A DNA stretch of 63,513 nucleotides, the filler included, from Hyphochytrium catenoides (Eukaryota; Protista; Hyphochytriomycota), in assembly GCA_900088475.1 (NCBI GenBank). It is 7 parts of 7 records of this genome, joined end to end, with 100 filler letters (N's around TTAATTAATTAA, not from the genome) between each part and the next. Parts side by side here need not be neighbours in the genome. Positions count along the whole stretch, not along the records: positions 22,853 to 38,100 come from FLMG01002848.1; positions 38,201 to 42,252 come from FLMG01000004.1; positions 42,353 to 56,797 come from FLMG01003918.1; 4 more parts are not named here. The stretch is one strand, 5' to 3'. Numbering within the stretch: position 1 is the first letter of the stretch; every line of letters begins with the position of its first letter. Positions 35,803 to 48,132 of this stretch are shown here, piece after piece. The translations under genes were made by a program, and so were the position numbers. Under the pieces are notes generated by a model. That model searched no databases. It saw nothing but the letters and a program-made list of their open reading frames with translations, and was not told where the DNA came from.

Positions 35803-37394
35803 GAGAAGAGAGTCAGAACCAGCCGCAAGGGTTCTGACTCAGTGAGGCGAATCATCCCCTCATCTTGTCCAAGCCTGCTAAATTCCTAAAAATAAGCCGC
35901 AATTCCACACAAGACATCTCCATCTCTCCATTCCCGCCCTGAACCTTATCCGCCCTCCGCACGGCCTTTTCTCTTCATCATCATCTTTCTCTTCTCCCTA
36001 TTCCTCGATTATAATGCACCAGCAGTGCCTGCTTCTGCCTCCTCCGCCTCATGGTAGTAGGTCGGCAGCGCCTGTCATCTTGCAGACTCCATCCTTCATA
36101 GATAGTACTCGTAGGGACGAGAAAGAAGAAGAGCAGGACGGGAAGACGTCGTAGGAGGAGGACCTGGAAAGGAGTTGCAGACTGGTCGGATGATGGCTGC
36201 GCAGGACCAGCCAGCAAGTAAGGCGAGAAGGAGAAGGGAGGGCATGTAGAGGGGAGAGTAGGAGAAGAGTCGTAGCAGCCAGCAGCCAGGAAGAGTAGTC
36301 CCTGACGAGGGAGAGTGAAGAAAAAGAACACGGGCACCCGAGGGAGCAGCAGCCGGCAGCCAAGAAGAGTAGTCCCTGCTACTACTGGCGATGCTGCCGT
36401 TGCTTCTGATATCAGATTGCTATCCACTAGCATAGTATTTACGCCGCTACCCGCTCATTCTTCTTTCTTGCCAGTAGCTTCTACTAGCACACCTGTCATC
36501 TGTTCGCGGCCACCGACAGCAGAGATGAATCACAGGACGACTCGCCTCTCTCGCTCGTCCCTGCTTAACGCTCTTAATCGCAGCAGCAGACTGGCCCGAG
36601 ACTCTCCTCTATATATCTCGTCATGCAGCTCTACCCTAAGTATCGGATGTCTCAGGGACTCGGAACCTTGATCTCATGGATGATCAAGCACGCGTGCTAC
36701 CGCTAAGACATTGCAGCAGATATTCAAACGAAGAGTGGAGTGACAGCCCCCAACAGACTCAGAGTCCTAACAAAGTAGGCCAAAGGAGGTTCATTTGACG
36801 TGGAGCAAGGTTCAGCAGGGCAACGTTCAAAACCATCGGGAAACTTCAGAGAGCTTCTCGGCCCTGGCGATTGACACCTTCTCACTCACTCTTCCTTCAC
36901 TCCTGGACGTTGCCCTTTTAAACCTTGCATCTACGTAGAACGAACCTCCTCTGGCTTGGTCCTGCTCGCGCTTTATGTGAATGATATTATCCCTTTTGGG
37001 ACAACTTCGTCCTCTCTCCTCACAAATGTTCAGCAGGTGCTTCGCTTACAATTTACCATGTCAACGTCGTCCTTACTCTGAGTATTCACAGTGACCGTGA
37101 CCTTGTGGCCCGCACCTGCCACCTCTGCCAACTTCTCTAGAGGACTACTACCACTATCTTGGGACGCTTTTGCCTCGCTGATGCTAACGCTGCTGCCATT
37201 CCTATAATCAACGATATCCTGAGTACTGCCCAAGGGCTCTCTTCTCCCTCCTGCGTACTCTATCTAGTGCCCTTGGCTGTCTGCAGTACCCTCTCTGTCT
37301 CACTGGGAGTGCTTAGCCGCATATCTAGGTAACCCCACAAACACAAGGTCTAGATATAATGTACCTTTCAGTCCTAATAATCCTGGCAGCCAGC

Positions 37395-37853
37395 CGCTGT
37401 TCCACTGCAGAATGTATTGCTGATACTCTTACCAAGCCACTAAAACGGAGCCCTTCGAGAAACATCGCATCAACCTGTGGGTGTGTGACTTATCAGCCTC
37501 TGCCAAGGCCGCTGTTCGCGAGCGCAGTGAGCAGGAGCATAGCAAAGATGATGGTTTTCCTCAGCCACTACTAGTGACTATAGCTACTCTGTCGAGTATG
37601 GAGTGAAGATAGAGTGAGAGGCAGCAGACCAGTTCAATGGACAGCCTTAGATACTGTCGGTGGGAATAGTAAGCTGAGTTTATGAACGGCGATAGGAGTG
37701 ATGTCTGTGCACCAGCAAGTGTCTGGAAAATCTCCTAGCTTACATATCTCTGTAGCTCTACAGACTCATGAGGCTCAATATACTATTGCACAGTCTCTGA
37801 GCACATCCTTCTCCAGATAGAGCTTACACTCATGGGATTCTGGTAGAGTTCAA
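37395..37853 (+). mobile_element. Degenerate Copia 3' remnant (RNase H end plus probable LTR)
   Basis: CSTAECIADTLTKPL followed after a frameshift by PFEKHR, then a purine-rich tract and about 310 bp ending ttcaaca. Confidence 0.6.
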
Positions 37854-37947
37854 CAACTCCAAGGTTAAACTTCATCTGATATATCCTGGCTCTTTTACAA
37901 GCAGCAGCAGCGGAGATGACCATTCGCCCTATCCCTTCCCTATTTGT

Positions 37948-38100
37948 CAAGCAGGAGCAGCAGGAGCAGCAGCAGCAGCAGCAGCAGTAGGAGCAGCAGG
38001 AGCAGCGGCTGCTGGAGGAGCAGCAGGAGGAGCAGCAGCAGGAGCAGCAGCAGCAGCAGCAGCAGGAGCAGCAGCAGCAGCAGCAGCAGCAGGAGCAGCA
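37948..38100 (+). repeat. (CAG/GAG)n trinucleotide repeat at contig end
   Basis: agcagcagc/aggagc run into the linker. Confidence 0.9.
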
Positions 38101-38697
38101 NNNNNNNNNNNNNNNNNNNNNNNNNNNNNNNNNNNNNNNNNNNNTTAATTAATTAANNNNNNNNNNNNNNNNNNNNNNNNNNNNNNNNNNNNNNNNNNNN
38201 GGTAGGGAGAGGCCAGCAGGCAGAAGGGTTAGAACGACCAAAGAGGAAAATGGAACAGAGAGAAGGGGCGAGAGAGAGAGAGAGAGAGAAGAGGGAGAGC
38301 GACGGAGAAGAGGAAGAGTCATCCCGATTGCTCTCTCTCTCTCTCTCTCTTTGCTCAGACCTCTTTCCGCCCTTCTCTCTTTCTTCTCTCCACTACTAGC
38401 AACATCAGTTGTCAGCTTTCCTTTCATCTCGTGAAAGGAAGAGAGAAAGAGACAAAAGAGATAGAGAGAGAGTAGAAGTTCAGGCTGCACCCATCAGCAT
38501 CAGCCCGCGCCTCTCTTTTCATTTTCCGAAAAGACTCCCCAGGCAGACTCCCGACCAATTGTTTCTCTTCTCTTTTCAAGGTCAAGCCTCCTTTTTCCTC
38601 TCTCTTTTCAAGACAAACAACTGGGCACGCCCGTCATTTATAAAGCAAAAAGAGAACCAGGAGTTAGGAGAGAGACAACATCTACAAAGACACCAAG

Positions 38698-40440
38698 ATG
38701 GTCATCTCTGCTGCCTTGCCATCTGCCTCTACAATGGCTCCACGGACAAAATCTCTCTCGTGGGAAGCTTCCAGCGCAAAGACAGAGGAAGACTCTTCCT
38801 CTTCGTCAAGTCGCTTCTCTTGCTTGGGCAGCGTAGGGACAGAAGTGGAAGAGGCGTATGTCTCTCTCATTGGAGAGCTGTACCTCGCGACAAACAGTGC
38901 AAACGAAGCATCAGACCCAAAGAAGACAGCGCATTTTTATATCAAGTCCAGAAATTTTATCGATAAACTGCTTTCTGCTGCCTTCCGCGCGGCCTCAAGA
39001 ACTGACCATGAAGATTCCTTGGGCGCTAAGCTCAAGCGCCTGCGTGCCCTTTCAGTCTCTGTTGAGGGCAGAAAGAGCATTCAGACAGGCATCGCGCACA
39101 TGCAGGTCCTTCATCAGCTAGGAAAAGTGGCAAAGCTGACCGATATGGTGACGATCTCTCCCTCTTCTGCCGCGAACATCTGTCTTGCGGCTCTGGAGCC
39201 CGTTACTCAGTGTCTCGAGAACATTGTCCAGGCTCTGTCTGTCCAGGGTGCCGACACTCGTCTACGTGCTGCTGGAGAGTATGAGAGTGACAGTGACTGC
39301 AGCAGCTGCACCACTCATTCTTCTCTGAATGAAGATCCAGTTAGCGCTACTCTCTCCTGGGCTCACACTAACAACGTTGTAGGCTCTCCCAGCCACTCTC
39401 TCACATGGTCTCCCATGATCTCTCCGTCTCCACTTCACATGGAGATCTCTAAAGAACCTGCAGGCCAGGCTTTCTCCTCTTCCTTCTCCACGTTAGACAT
39501 TGTGGGAAGCTCAGGCTTTCTCTCATCTGACCCTATTGGCACTCCTACCTATCTATCAAGCACGATTGATGGTACAGCTACACCTCCTTACCTCGCTGGG
39601 ACGAGCACGCCACCAGCTATTGGCTCTCCACCTCGCTCTCACGCGTCTCCTATCGCGAGAGCGCCTCCAGGGCTTCCAAAGCCGGATGGAAAGGGAGTCA
39701 TCGGCAGGAGAGACAGCAAGCGGTTCACTGAGCCTTTGGGAGAAGATATGTTCGTTGAGATTAGCAGAAAGCTCTTGAGTCAGCAGCTAGGCGGAGAGGA
39801 AGAGAAGCTGCACCACCAGAGAGTGAAGATGGTCAGCCAATCTTCCTTTCTCTCTTCTGGCAAGCCTGGGATGCTGAACAGAAGACATTCCACCCCGGTC
39901 ATTATCGACTCTTCCTCATTCAGAGGCTCTCCAGGGGCAAACCACATCATGTCTCCCACTTCTTCACGCTCTCGCGGTGCTTCTCTGAGCAGCAGAGCCG
40001 ATGGCGATGGAGAAGGAGGCAATAAGAAGGGCCAGCTGTGCAAGTATGGGCTCATCAACCAGTGCAAGTATGACTCTTGCTGGAGAGCACATTCTATCGA
40101 AGAAGTGGTCAAATACAACGAGTTCTTCCGCACTCATAAATGCCACAAGGGAGAGACGAACTGCAAGAACGGCGCAGCTTGCTCGTACTACCACTCTGAG
40201 GACCAGAGAGACGAAGCAGATCGGTATCGTGCTCTGTATCACGGCTGGACTACCGCCAACCCTCCAGCACATCTCAGCGCCCCGTCTCCTATGGCTTTCT
40301 CTTCTGCTGATCTGGCTTTGACGCCTCCTTCTTCTGCTCGGTCGGTCCCTCCCGCTCCTCTCCAGAGAAGACAGTCAGCTTTAGGCTACCTTGGCAGCCC
40401 GCCGACCCGCTCTACCTCTCCACCTCTCTCTGGCAGGTAA
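38698..40440 (+). CDS. Ser/Pro-rich protein with two CCCH zinc fingers (putative RNA-binding), intronless
   Basis: 580-aa ORF with CKYGLINQCKYDSCWRAH and FRTHKCHKGETNCKNGAACSYYH. Confidence 0.8.
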   Translation: MVISAALPSASTMAPRTKSLSWEASSAKTEEDSSSSSSRFSCLGSVGTEVEEAYVSLIGELYLATNSANEASDPKKTAHFYIKSRNFIDKLLSAAFRAASRTDHEDSLGAKLKRLRALSVSVEGRKSIQTGIAHMQVLHQLGKVAKLTDMVTISPSSAANICLAALEPVTQCLENIVQALSVQGADTRLRAAGEYESDSDCSSCTTHSSLNEDPVSATLSWAHTNNVVGSPSHSLTWSPMISPSPLHMEISKEPAGQAFSSSFSTLDIVGSSGFLSSDPIGTPTYLSSTIDGTATPPYLAGTSTPPAIGSPPRSHASPIARAPPGLPKPDGKGVIGRRDSKRFTEPLGEDMFVEISRKLLSQQLGGEEEKLHHQRVKMVSQSSFLSSGKPGMLNRRHSTPVIIDSSSFRGSPGANHIMSPTSSRSRGASLSSRADGDGEGGNKKGQLCKYGLINQCKYDSCWRAHSIEEVVKYNEFFRTHKCHKGETNCKNGAACSYYHSEDQRDEADRYRALYHGWTTANPPAHLSAPSPMAFSSADLALTPPSSARSVPPAPLQRRQSALGYLGSPPTRSTSPPLSGR

Positions 40441-40497
40441 AGCGCTTGAATAGAGCCCATTGGGGAAGAGAGAAGGAGAGAGACACCTTGAGAAGAT

Positions 40498-40528
<31 letters not shown>

Positions 40529-41303
40529 TTGTCTGTCTGTCTGTCTGTTTTCCTTTTCTCTTCAGTTCTCGCTCTTTTCTCAAAAACATTTCAAAAGAAA
40601 CATATATTTTTATTGCGGATCTAATTGTTTAACGAGTACCAATAATAGCAGCACCGTTAGGTAGTATAAAGAAGGCAGTGAGGATTGAATCAATAAAGAG
40701 CTAATAAAGTTATATAAAAAAGTTATCGCCTGGAGAAGGAGAGTGCCAGAGACCAAGAGAGAGATCTCTCTCTCTCCTTTGCATGCGCCTCTCTCTCTCT
40801 CTCTCTCTCTTCCTCATCTTCTGGTGCTGGCTCTCTTCCCAGTGTAATGGCCTCGGCAAGTCATGGTTGTCTCTTCTCTTTCCTCGATCTTTCTCTCTCT
40901 TTCCTCGCTCAGTTCCTACTCAGGGTGTTGGGGTACCGAAGTCTACTGCCCCAGTCGTGAACACTGACATCTTTTCTCTCTCGTCTCTTATTACTGGAAG
41001 ACCTCATACCAACACAAAGAGAGAGAGAGAATAGAGCGCGTGACAGGAAAGCATTCGCAAGAGCAGACTCCATCTGAGGATAAGTTTACTGCTTTTATCT
41101 TATCTCTTCTACAGGGAAGTTGGCAGCGCGGTGTGCCCTCATATTATTGACCCTGAGAGGAGAGAGGCCAAGAAGAAAGGAGAAGAAGAAGAGAAGACGC
41201 ATGGACTTGAGGAACTACGGGAAACAAGAATAGAAGAGACAGAAGAACGAAATCACTCTTGTCCTTTATCTCTCTCTCTTTCTCTTCCTGTGCCTCCAAT
41301 GCC

Positions 41304-42121
41304 CTAGAAGGAAGTGCCTTCAGGAGGCTGGGGCAGTCTTTTATTGGCAGAAGAGGCCATTTCGTTTCTGATGGAGACAAGGACCTGCTCTATGCCGTAA
41401 CTTCTATTCCAACGAGCTAACACGGGCAGCGCGTTGGGGATAACCTGCAGCGGAGAAAAAAAGCGCCAAAGACAAGGTGAGAGAGACAAAGACGCAGAGA
41501 GAGAGAAAGGGAGAGAGAGAGAGAGAAACCAAGACATGATGAAGTTTGAACAGAGCGAGACACAAAGAGACATAAGACGAAAAGAGAGAGAGAGAGGACC
41601 GCGGGGCGGGGGCCCGGGGGGAGAGGGAAGGTTAGAGTTTGAGAAAAGAGGACGAGAAAGAAGAGAGAAGGAAGAGAGTAAGAGAGAACAAGAAAGAGGG
41701 AGAAGAAAATTGAGCCGAAGACAGATAGACAGAAGGAGAGAAGTCGGTGCGAGACAGATCCCTTAAGTTATCATCAAGGAAGCTTGATTTCAACCAAGAG
41801 AGAGACCGAAAAATAGTGGTCAACCCAAGGGGAACTCGATGATAGGAAAGGGCTAATAGAGAGAATAGGGAACGAAGAGGTAGACTCCAGCCCCAGGCTC
41901 AAGGACTTCCAAAGGAGAGAGTGAGAGAGAGAAAGAGAGACACAGAGAGAGAGAGACACAGAGAGGGAGAGACAGAGAGCGGCGTCGATCTGTACCTGCC
42001 CTCTGCCTTGATCGACGCAGGTCATGTTGATGCGGCTGACAAAGAAAATCTTAGGCGGCTCGTCGGGATAGCGTTCCCCACAGTGAATCCTCAGGTTATA
42101 GATACGACCATCGTGGCAGGT
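41304..42121 (-). CDS. MMS2: Ubiquitin-conjugating enzyme E2 variant (UEV1/MMS2), last two exons; 5' end lost at linker
   Basis: Exons 41996-42121 (TCHDGRIYNLRIHCGERYPDEPPKIFFVSRINMTCVD) and 41304-41444 (LARWNRSYGIEQVL...KRLPQPPEGTSF*), joined by a phase-0 GT-AG intron. The C-terminus is typical of UEV proteins. Confidence 0.93.
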
Positions 42122-42454
42122 CTGGGAGAGAGAGAGAAAGTGAAAGAAAATAGAGTGACAGAAAGACAGAGAGAGAAGCAGAAAGAGAGAGACAGAAAGA
42201 GTATCGATTAGACAGAGAAAGGTGACAAGCACAGCAGAGAGAGAAGAGAAGANNNNNNNNNNNNNNNNNNNNNNNNNNNNNNNNNNNNNNNNNNNNTTAA
42301 TTAATTAANNNNNNNNNNNNNNNNNNNNNNNNNNNNNNNNNNNNNNNNNNNNCAACTTCTGCAATGCCCGGCAGGCTGAGAAGGAGACCTGGCCTTTCAG
42401 TTCAGGGTAGGGCTGCAGATGCCTGAGGACTAAAAGAGTCAGAGGTAAGACAAA

Positions 42455-45400
42455 ATGTCGGCTCGACTTCGGGGCGACGATGACCTCGATGCAATTCTCG
42501 CTTCCATGGAGACCTCAGTGTATGGCGAAGAGAAGCCGTCACTCTCTCTGGTTCATCCATCTTCAGCATCTCCTGCTGCGAAGAGCAAGCCAGAGACTAG
42601 CACTCAGAGGAGCAAGGAGAATGAGCAGGGCGATGTCCTCTGGCGGCCAAGAGTCGTGCCTGACGAAGGTTCCAAAGGAGCTTACCTCTCTTGCTCTCTC
42701 TCTGTTGTCAGTGCAAACAAGCCCTCTTGGCAGTCCGGGCAATGGTCTCTATCGTCTCTTTGCCGATACGGCAGAGTGCTGTTCCTGCTTAGACTGCCAG
42801 TCTGTGCCCCCACCTTCTCTCGCTATAGGCTTTTACGTCTATTGCTGTCTAAGTCGTCCCATCACAGCTCGTCGTCTATTTCTCTCTAGTGCCTGCATGC
42901 GTGTGTGCATGTCCTCTCAGCCTCTTTCCCTCTCTTTGTAGAGTAAGTGTCTAATGCCTTGTGTTTGACTCACTTTGGTCTCCCTTAGACGTGGATGCGT
43001 TTATGACCCAGAAGAGCACGAACAGACGGCCCGCCCCTTCGTCCTTTCCTCCGTTGAACCCTACCGCTGAGCAGCTCCGCTGCAGGGCCGCCGAGGGCCT
43101 GAGGAAGCACTTTCAGGATCTCTGTAGGGCAAACGGTACACTTGATAGGCACCTGTTTGTCTCTCGTCTCTTCCACTTTAGCTTGTGCTTCGTGGATTTA
43201 ATGTAGTGCACTCACTTGGTGTTTGTCTATTCCTGGTCTGTGCTTCTCTTCTTCTGGGACTTTGTACTTGCTCTCTTCCGGATGTTCCTCTCCGGTAACT
43301 GTTTTATCAGTCTTCTTGTCCCTCTTGGCAACGGTTCCCTAAGCTCTAATGCCCTATGCCCATGCTGTTCTCACTCTACACGGTAGATGTGGTGCTTCCT
43401 AACTCTGCGTATGAGGAGTGGCAATTCACACAGAAGCTGAAGTTTCCGAAGGTCGGTAGGGTCTCAACAGTCATATCAATCTGTCTCTACTTTCCTTCAG
43501 AAGGACATCCCTTGCCCTACATCGAAGCCTTGATCGCCTTGCCGGATACCTATTTCTGCTCTTTCTCATGTAAAACATTTGGGCTCGGTGTCTGAATACC
43601 TTGCATCGAGATCTAGGAGTGTCTGCTCTACAGGTTACTAAATAGCGTCCCTCGCTTGGTGTACACAGGGTGACCCTCTCCTCCCTGAGGAGATGGAGGA
43701 ACAACCCGCAGATCTTTATNNNNNNNNNNNNNNNNNNNNNNNNNNNNNNNNNNNNNNNNNNNNNNCTACCCTCTAATGCCTAGCACTTGCTCTCGATGAA
43801 ATATCATCTTCGCGATCCTTGCTATCTTTCTTTGTCTCTCGGCATGGTTTCTCCTTGAAAACACACTGGTCCTCCTTTGTGCTGATTTCTTTGCTTGCCT
43901 GCCATTTCTCTATCTTTGAGAGATAGGAGGACCCCCCTCTCTCTTTATGTTACATTTTCCTTCTAGATATTCGCTTTTTCCGCTTCTTCATTAGCCGGGC
44001 ACTGAGGAATAGCTCCATACCGTGGCGCTTCAACTGATCTCCTATGTATCTCAGGTCTATCCTAAGAGATCTGAAAAGGGAAGCGATTGTAGTCAGTGGA
44101 GTCCTTAAGAACAAGCTAAAGCATCTCCCTGAAAGCTCGAAGAAACACGCCACAGTGGAGGAAGAAGAGAATGGCTCATTTTCCATCACCTATAAGAAGC
44201 ATAAATCCCATATCAACAGGCCGCACTTTTATAAGCTTCGTTACCTCTTTGATCACTATCGAGAGAAGAGGGGCCTTAAAGAGATCCAGTTCAATGACGC
44301 TCTGTTGACCCTACTTCTACGCTACGAAGCGTTACAGGGTGGAGGTTATCAGGTCAGTGAGCAAGCAATGTTTACAGTTCTCCTCTGCTTTCACGTGCTT
44401 CTTGTCGGACAGGCACTATTCCTGTTTCGTACAGATCTAGAGGTTGAGCTGCCCTCCAATCCGCTTACAGTCAAAAGTCGTGATGTTCGCATGTTTCTCT
44501 GCCCTCCATGTTCCAGCTTCAAGGTCTTTGTTGCTTCCCAATTGTCTCACGTAACCTTCATGTCAATGCTTAGGCAGCACTTAACGAGGAATGCTTCGAT
44601 GTATTGCTGAAGCATTTCAATGTCCGGCTTGAATGCTTTGCTTCTCCACTAAACTGCCGCTATGAGCGCTACTGCAGCGCATTTCCTGACACGGATACTC
44701 CTTTTGGTAGCTTGGGAAGCTTCTTTGACTTCAGACCTCGAGAGGGCTCATATGAGGCGAATCCTCCCTTTATTCCGTTCCTTATCTCTCGGATGATGAA
44801 CCATATGGATAGATGTCTCTCTCAAGCGGATGGCCCGTTGTCATTCGCCATTGTAGTTCCGGCTTGGAAGCACACAGAGGTACGACAGATAGTGCGGACA
44901 TCCTCAGGGAAAAGAGAAAGATTGTGGATTTTGAGGAGAGAGACGAAGGGCTTGTTTCTTGGACTGTTTTCCTTATTCCTTTCCATCTCATCAATTGCTT
45001 GAGTTCAGGGATGGCAAGGGCTAGTGGGAAGTAAATGGAATAGATACCACCTGGAGATCCCACAGCGAGAGCATGGCTTCTGTGAGGGTAAACAGCACAC
45101 AAGGAAGACTAGATGGCGTATAGCCTCTTTCGACACAAGCGTCTTCTTCTGGCAGAATGAGGAGGGTAAGTTCTTTCGCTACTCTGCTACAGATTACGAC
45201 TCGAAGTTCACCGAGGCTGTTGGTGTGTGTTGTCTGTCTGTCGCAGGGTCAAAGAAATGGCCAGTGAGTGACGATGCCATAGCAGAGCTTCGTAAGGCAT
45301 TTGCTTCCAAACAGCAACTGCGTGACCTTGCCACCTCGGAGGAGGCAGCGCAACCGCTTCACGAACCTAAGAAGCGCCCTGCTTCATCTCTTCAAGCCCA

Positions 45401-45467
45401 ACCTTCCTTTATAAAGAACAAAAAGCGGGGCAAGCATTCCTCTGTTCCTCCCGCGACAAGACGCTAA
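42455..45467 (+). CDS. PCIF1: PCIF1/CAPAM-like cap-specific adenosine N6-methyltransferase, multi-exon with internal gap
   Basis: EQLRCRAAEGLRKHFQDLC..AYEEW..GDPLLP (helical domain), LLLRYEAL.GGGYQ, ECFASPLN, YCSAFPDTDTPFGSLGSFFDF, catalytic ANPPF, LSFAIVVPAW and HGFCEGKQH. Confidence 0.9.
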
Positions 45468-45598
45468 GAGGCGGAAGAGCGGCAAAAGCTACAAGTCTTT
45501 ACATATCTCTTGACTATTTATTAGCAGAGTCACCAGTGAGCCATAAACGGCCCCACGTTGAACATCTAAGTGAACGGCAAGTTGACGGGGCTCTTCTA

Positions 45599-47131
45599 CT
45601 ACGCGTCGCCCTGACTAAAGTCTGTGGCCGAATGGCCAATGATGATAACAGCCGGAGATAAGCTCTTATCCTTCACCTTCTCAGGCATGCTACCCAGCTC
45701 ACCTCGGTATACCTCGGTCTCATGACAGTATGCGTTTTTGACAATCATACACGGAGTATTTGGCCTCGTCCCCGCAGACATCAGTCTCCTAAATCCCATC
45801 AGGCAAAAAGGAAGAGCGGATAGGCCCCAGGGGAGCTAACGTTAGACAATATTGACAGAATCATACGGCAAACAGAACAGACTATTAACCAACAGCCCAG
45901 CTCACCAAACATAGCGGTGCAACCATGTTACCAAGAACCTCAAGTGGCATGGACCAGCTTTCCGTAAGGGCAAAAGCCAATAACGCAATGAAAGCTACTC
46001 TTAGTAGACAGAGATATTGTTGAAGCCACTATGCTTACTCTGCAATCTGTGGAAATGTTCTTGTTCCCATAACAATGATCAGATTGTGCATCTGTGCTAA
46101 AGTATCCCAGTTCATCTCTGGATCAGAGGGGTTATGACCGGATAGTACAGCAAAGTGCTTTCCCATTTTGGCGTCAGTTATGGGTGCGTTAACTAACGCC
46201 GGCGCCGCTAGCACGGAACTGATGCCTGGCACTATCTCAAACCTAAGCCCAAAGGGCGGTGAGAAGATCCGCGAGGACTCCATGCCGTGATTTGAAGCAT
46301 AACAGAAAAGAACTGAGACAGCGACACATAAACGAGAGTAACATGACTCAGACATAGCGAAAATGAGAATCTCATGACGAAGGCTCAGGAAAAAAAAAAA
46401 ACAGCGACTCATATAGCAGTAGTCTCCAGGCGATGGGATGATGTTGAAAGAGAGGTTGGCCCCAGTGCCAGCTTGTGTTGATGGCTGTAGTCTGGATGCC
46501 TTACCTGATGTTGTTGTCAACCAGTGTTTGAATCTCAGAGCCCAATCTTCCGAAGACTAGAGAGTCACCTCCTTTGAGCCTAACAACAAGCTTATCGGGT
46601 TGGCACTTGCTGACCAAGAGCTGGTTTATATCTTCCTGCTTTGCTGACGATGCTTTCCCTCCCCTTTTGCCTACACGGATAACCTCACAATGCTTTGGAG
46701 CCTTCTGTAAGAGCTCCTCCCCAGCGAGTTCATCCGTGATAATGACATCCGCGCAGTTTATAAGATGAGCACCTAGGAAGGTGGAAGAGTGTAGCGATAT
46801 GGGAGAAGGTGAGCAGGAAGCGAGCCAACTGGGCGCACCCTGGCAGTTGACGTTCAAGGCTACCTCTAACAGTTATTAGCTCAGGATCTCCAGGTCCAGC
46901 TCCTACAAAATAGACGATACCCCTCCTTATAGCGGCATGGCCCTTTTGCTTCCTGAGATGCGGAAGAACAATACTTCTTAGAGGCACCAGAGACTTGCCT
47001 GTTAGAGGTACCTCCCTGCTGTACAGAGGATCTTTGGGAAGAGAGACTTATACTCCATACCTGCGTCTCCATTCAGACTTGTACGCCCAGACAGCGGTGG
47101 TAGAAACGAGAACTAGAAGAGAACCTGTCAT
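45599..47131 (-). CDS. cobA: Uroporphyrinogen-III C-methyltransferase (SUMT; CobA/UPM1-like), 5 exons
   Basis: VYFVGAGPGDPELITVRG, VGKRGG, VVRLKGGDSLVFGR, EIVPGISS and SPAVIIIG. A 42-nt first intron (47019-47060) joins a hydrophobic leader exon in frame; the start is inferred. Confidence 0.92.
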
Positions 47132-48132
47132 AAACGACCAGTGCAGGCATATCACGATTTATCAGCAAGAGCAAGTCGCGAGATCTCCACAATTGTCACA
47201 CCGACTTACATGCTGCTGCTGCTCCAGCGGCAAGTAGTGCAGCTCTAGGGGTCGGAGCCAGCGACCCCATAGTCAAATTGAAGACAAGGTCGGTTAGATG
47301 TCCTAGATTGGTGCAGAAAGTTGCACGTTATGAGAGCTCCGAAGTCTAGACAAAGAAATCCAATAATCTTCAGAATCATCTCTTGCCTGCAGCTTGTGAA
47401 AAGAGTGAGGCAACAATGACGCCGCGTGCGTTGTCCGACCGATCTTGGCCCAAACACTGTACAGACGGGTTGTAGCTAGACGTTTGCGGTAGAGAAGGAT
47501 CTTCATCCGTTATATCTCAGTGTTCTGAAGTTCTCGGGCCAAGATCGTCCGGAGACGTCGGATGATCGGGTCTCAAGGAGATAGGAGATAGCCCTCGTGA
47601 GTTTCCTCATGCTATACGTACGCCTTCCTTTATAAAGCTTCTCTCACTTTGTTGAAGAGCGACTCCATCCGTGGCTCGGCGGTCTTGAGGCATCAGCTGA
47701 CGAGAGTTTTAACTTCAGCATCGCGCCGCCCTGGCTGCCGGCAGCCTTCTACGAACTCACCTTTACGGACAAGCCTCTCATTGAGCAGAAATCTACCACG
47801 CGGTTCTCACCCCGGTCAAATTCACCTATTGACCCTGACGAAGAGAAATAAAAAAAACAACGTAGCAGTCGTCAAGAGATCAGACATATAGTGCCTAAAA
47901 ATTAGGTAATGAGACGGCTGACCTTGCCATAACGGGACTTCCGCCAACTAATGCAGTAAGATAACACCCTTGAAGTCCACTTTATTAAAGGTTCTCAAAG
48001 ACGCACAAGTGGGAGGACTAACCCAACGTGAGCTGCTTAAAGGTTAAGGGCTCGCACTCGTCAAATCACTGGGCAGTTGACTACTTTTGGGGCGGTAAGA
48101 ACAACCGCTCAGGCTGGGAAGAACCTTCTAGG

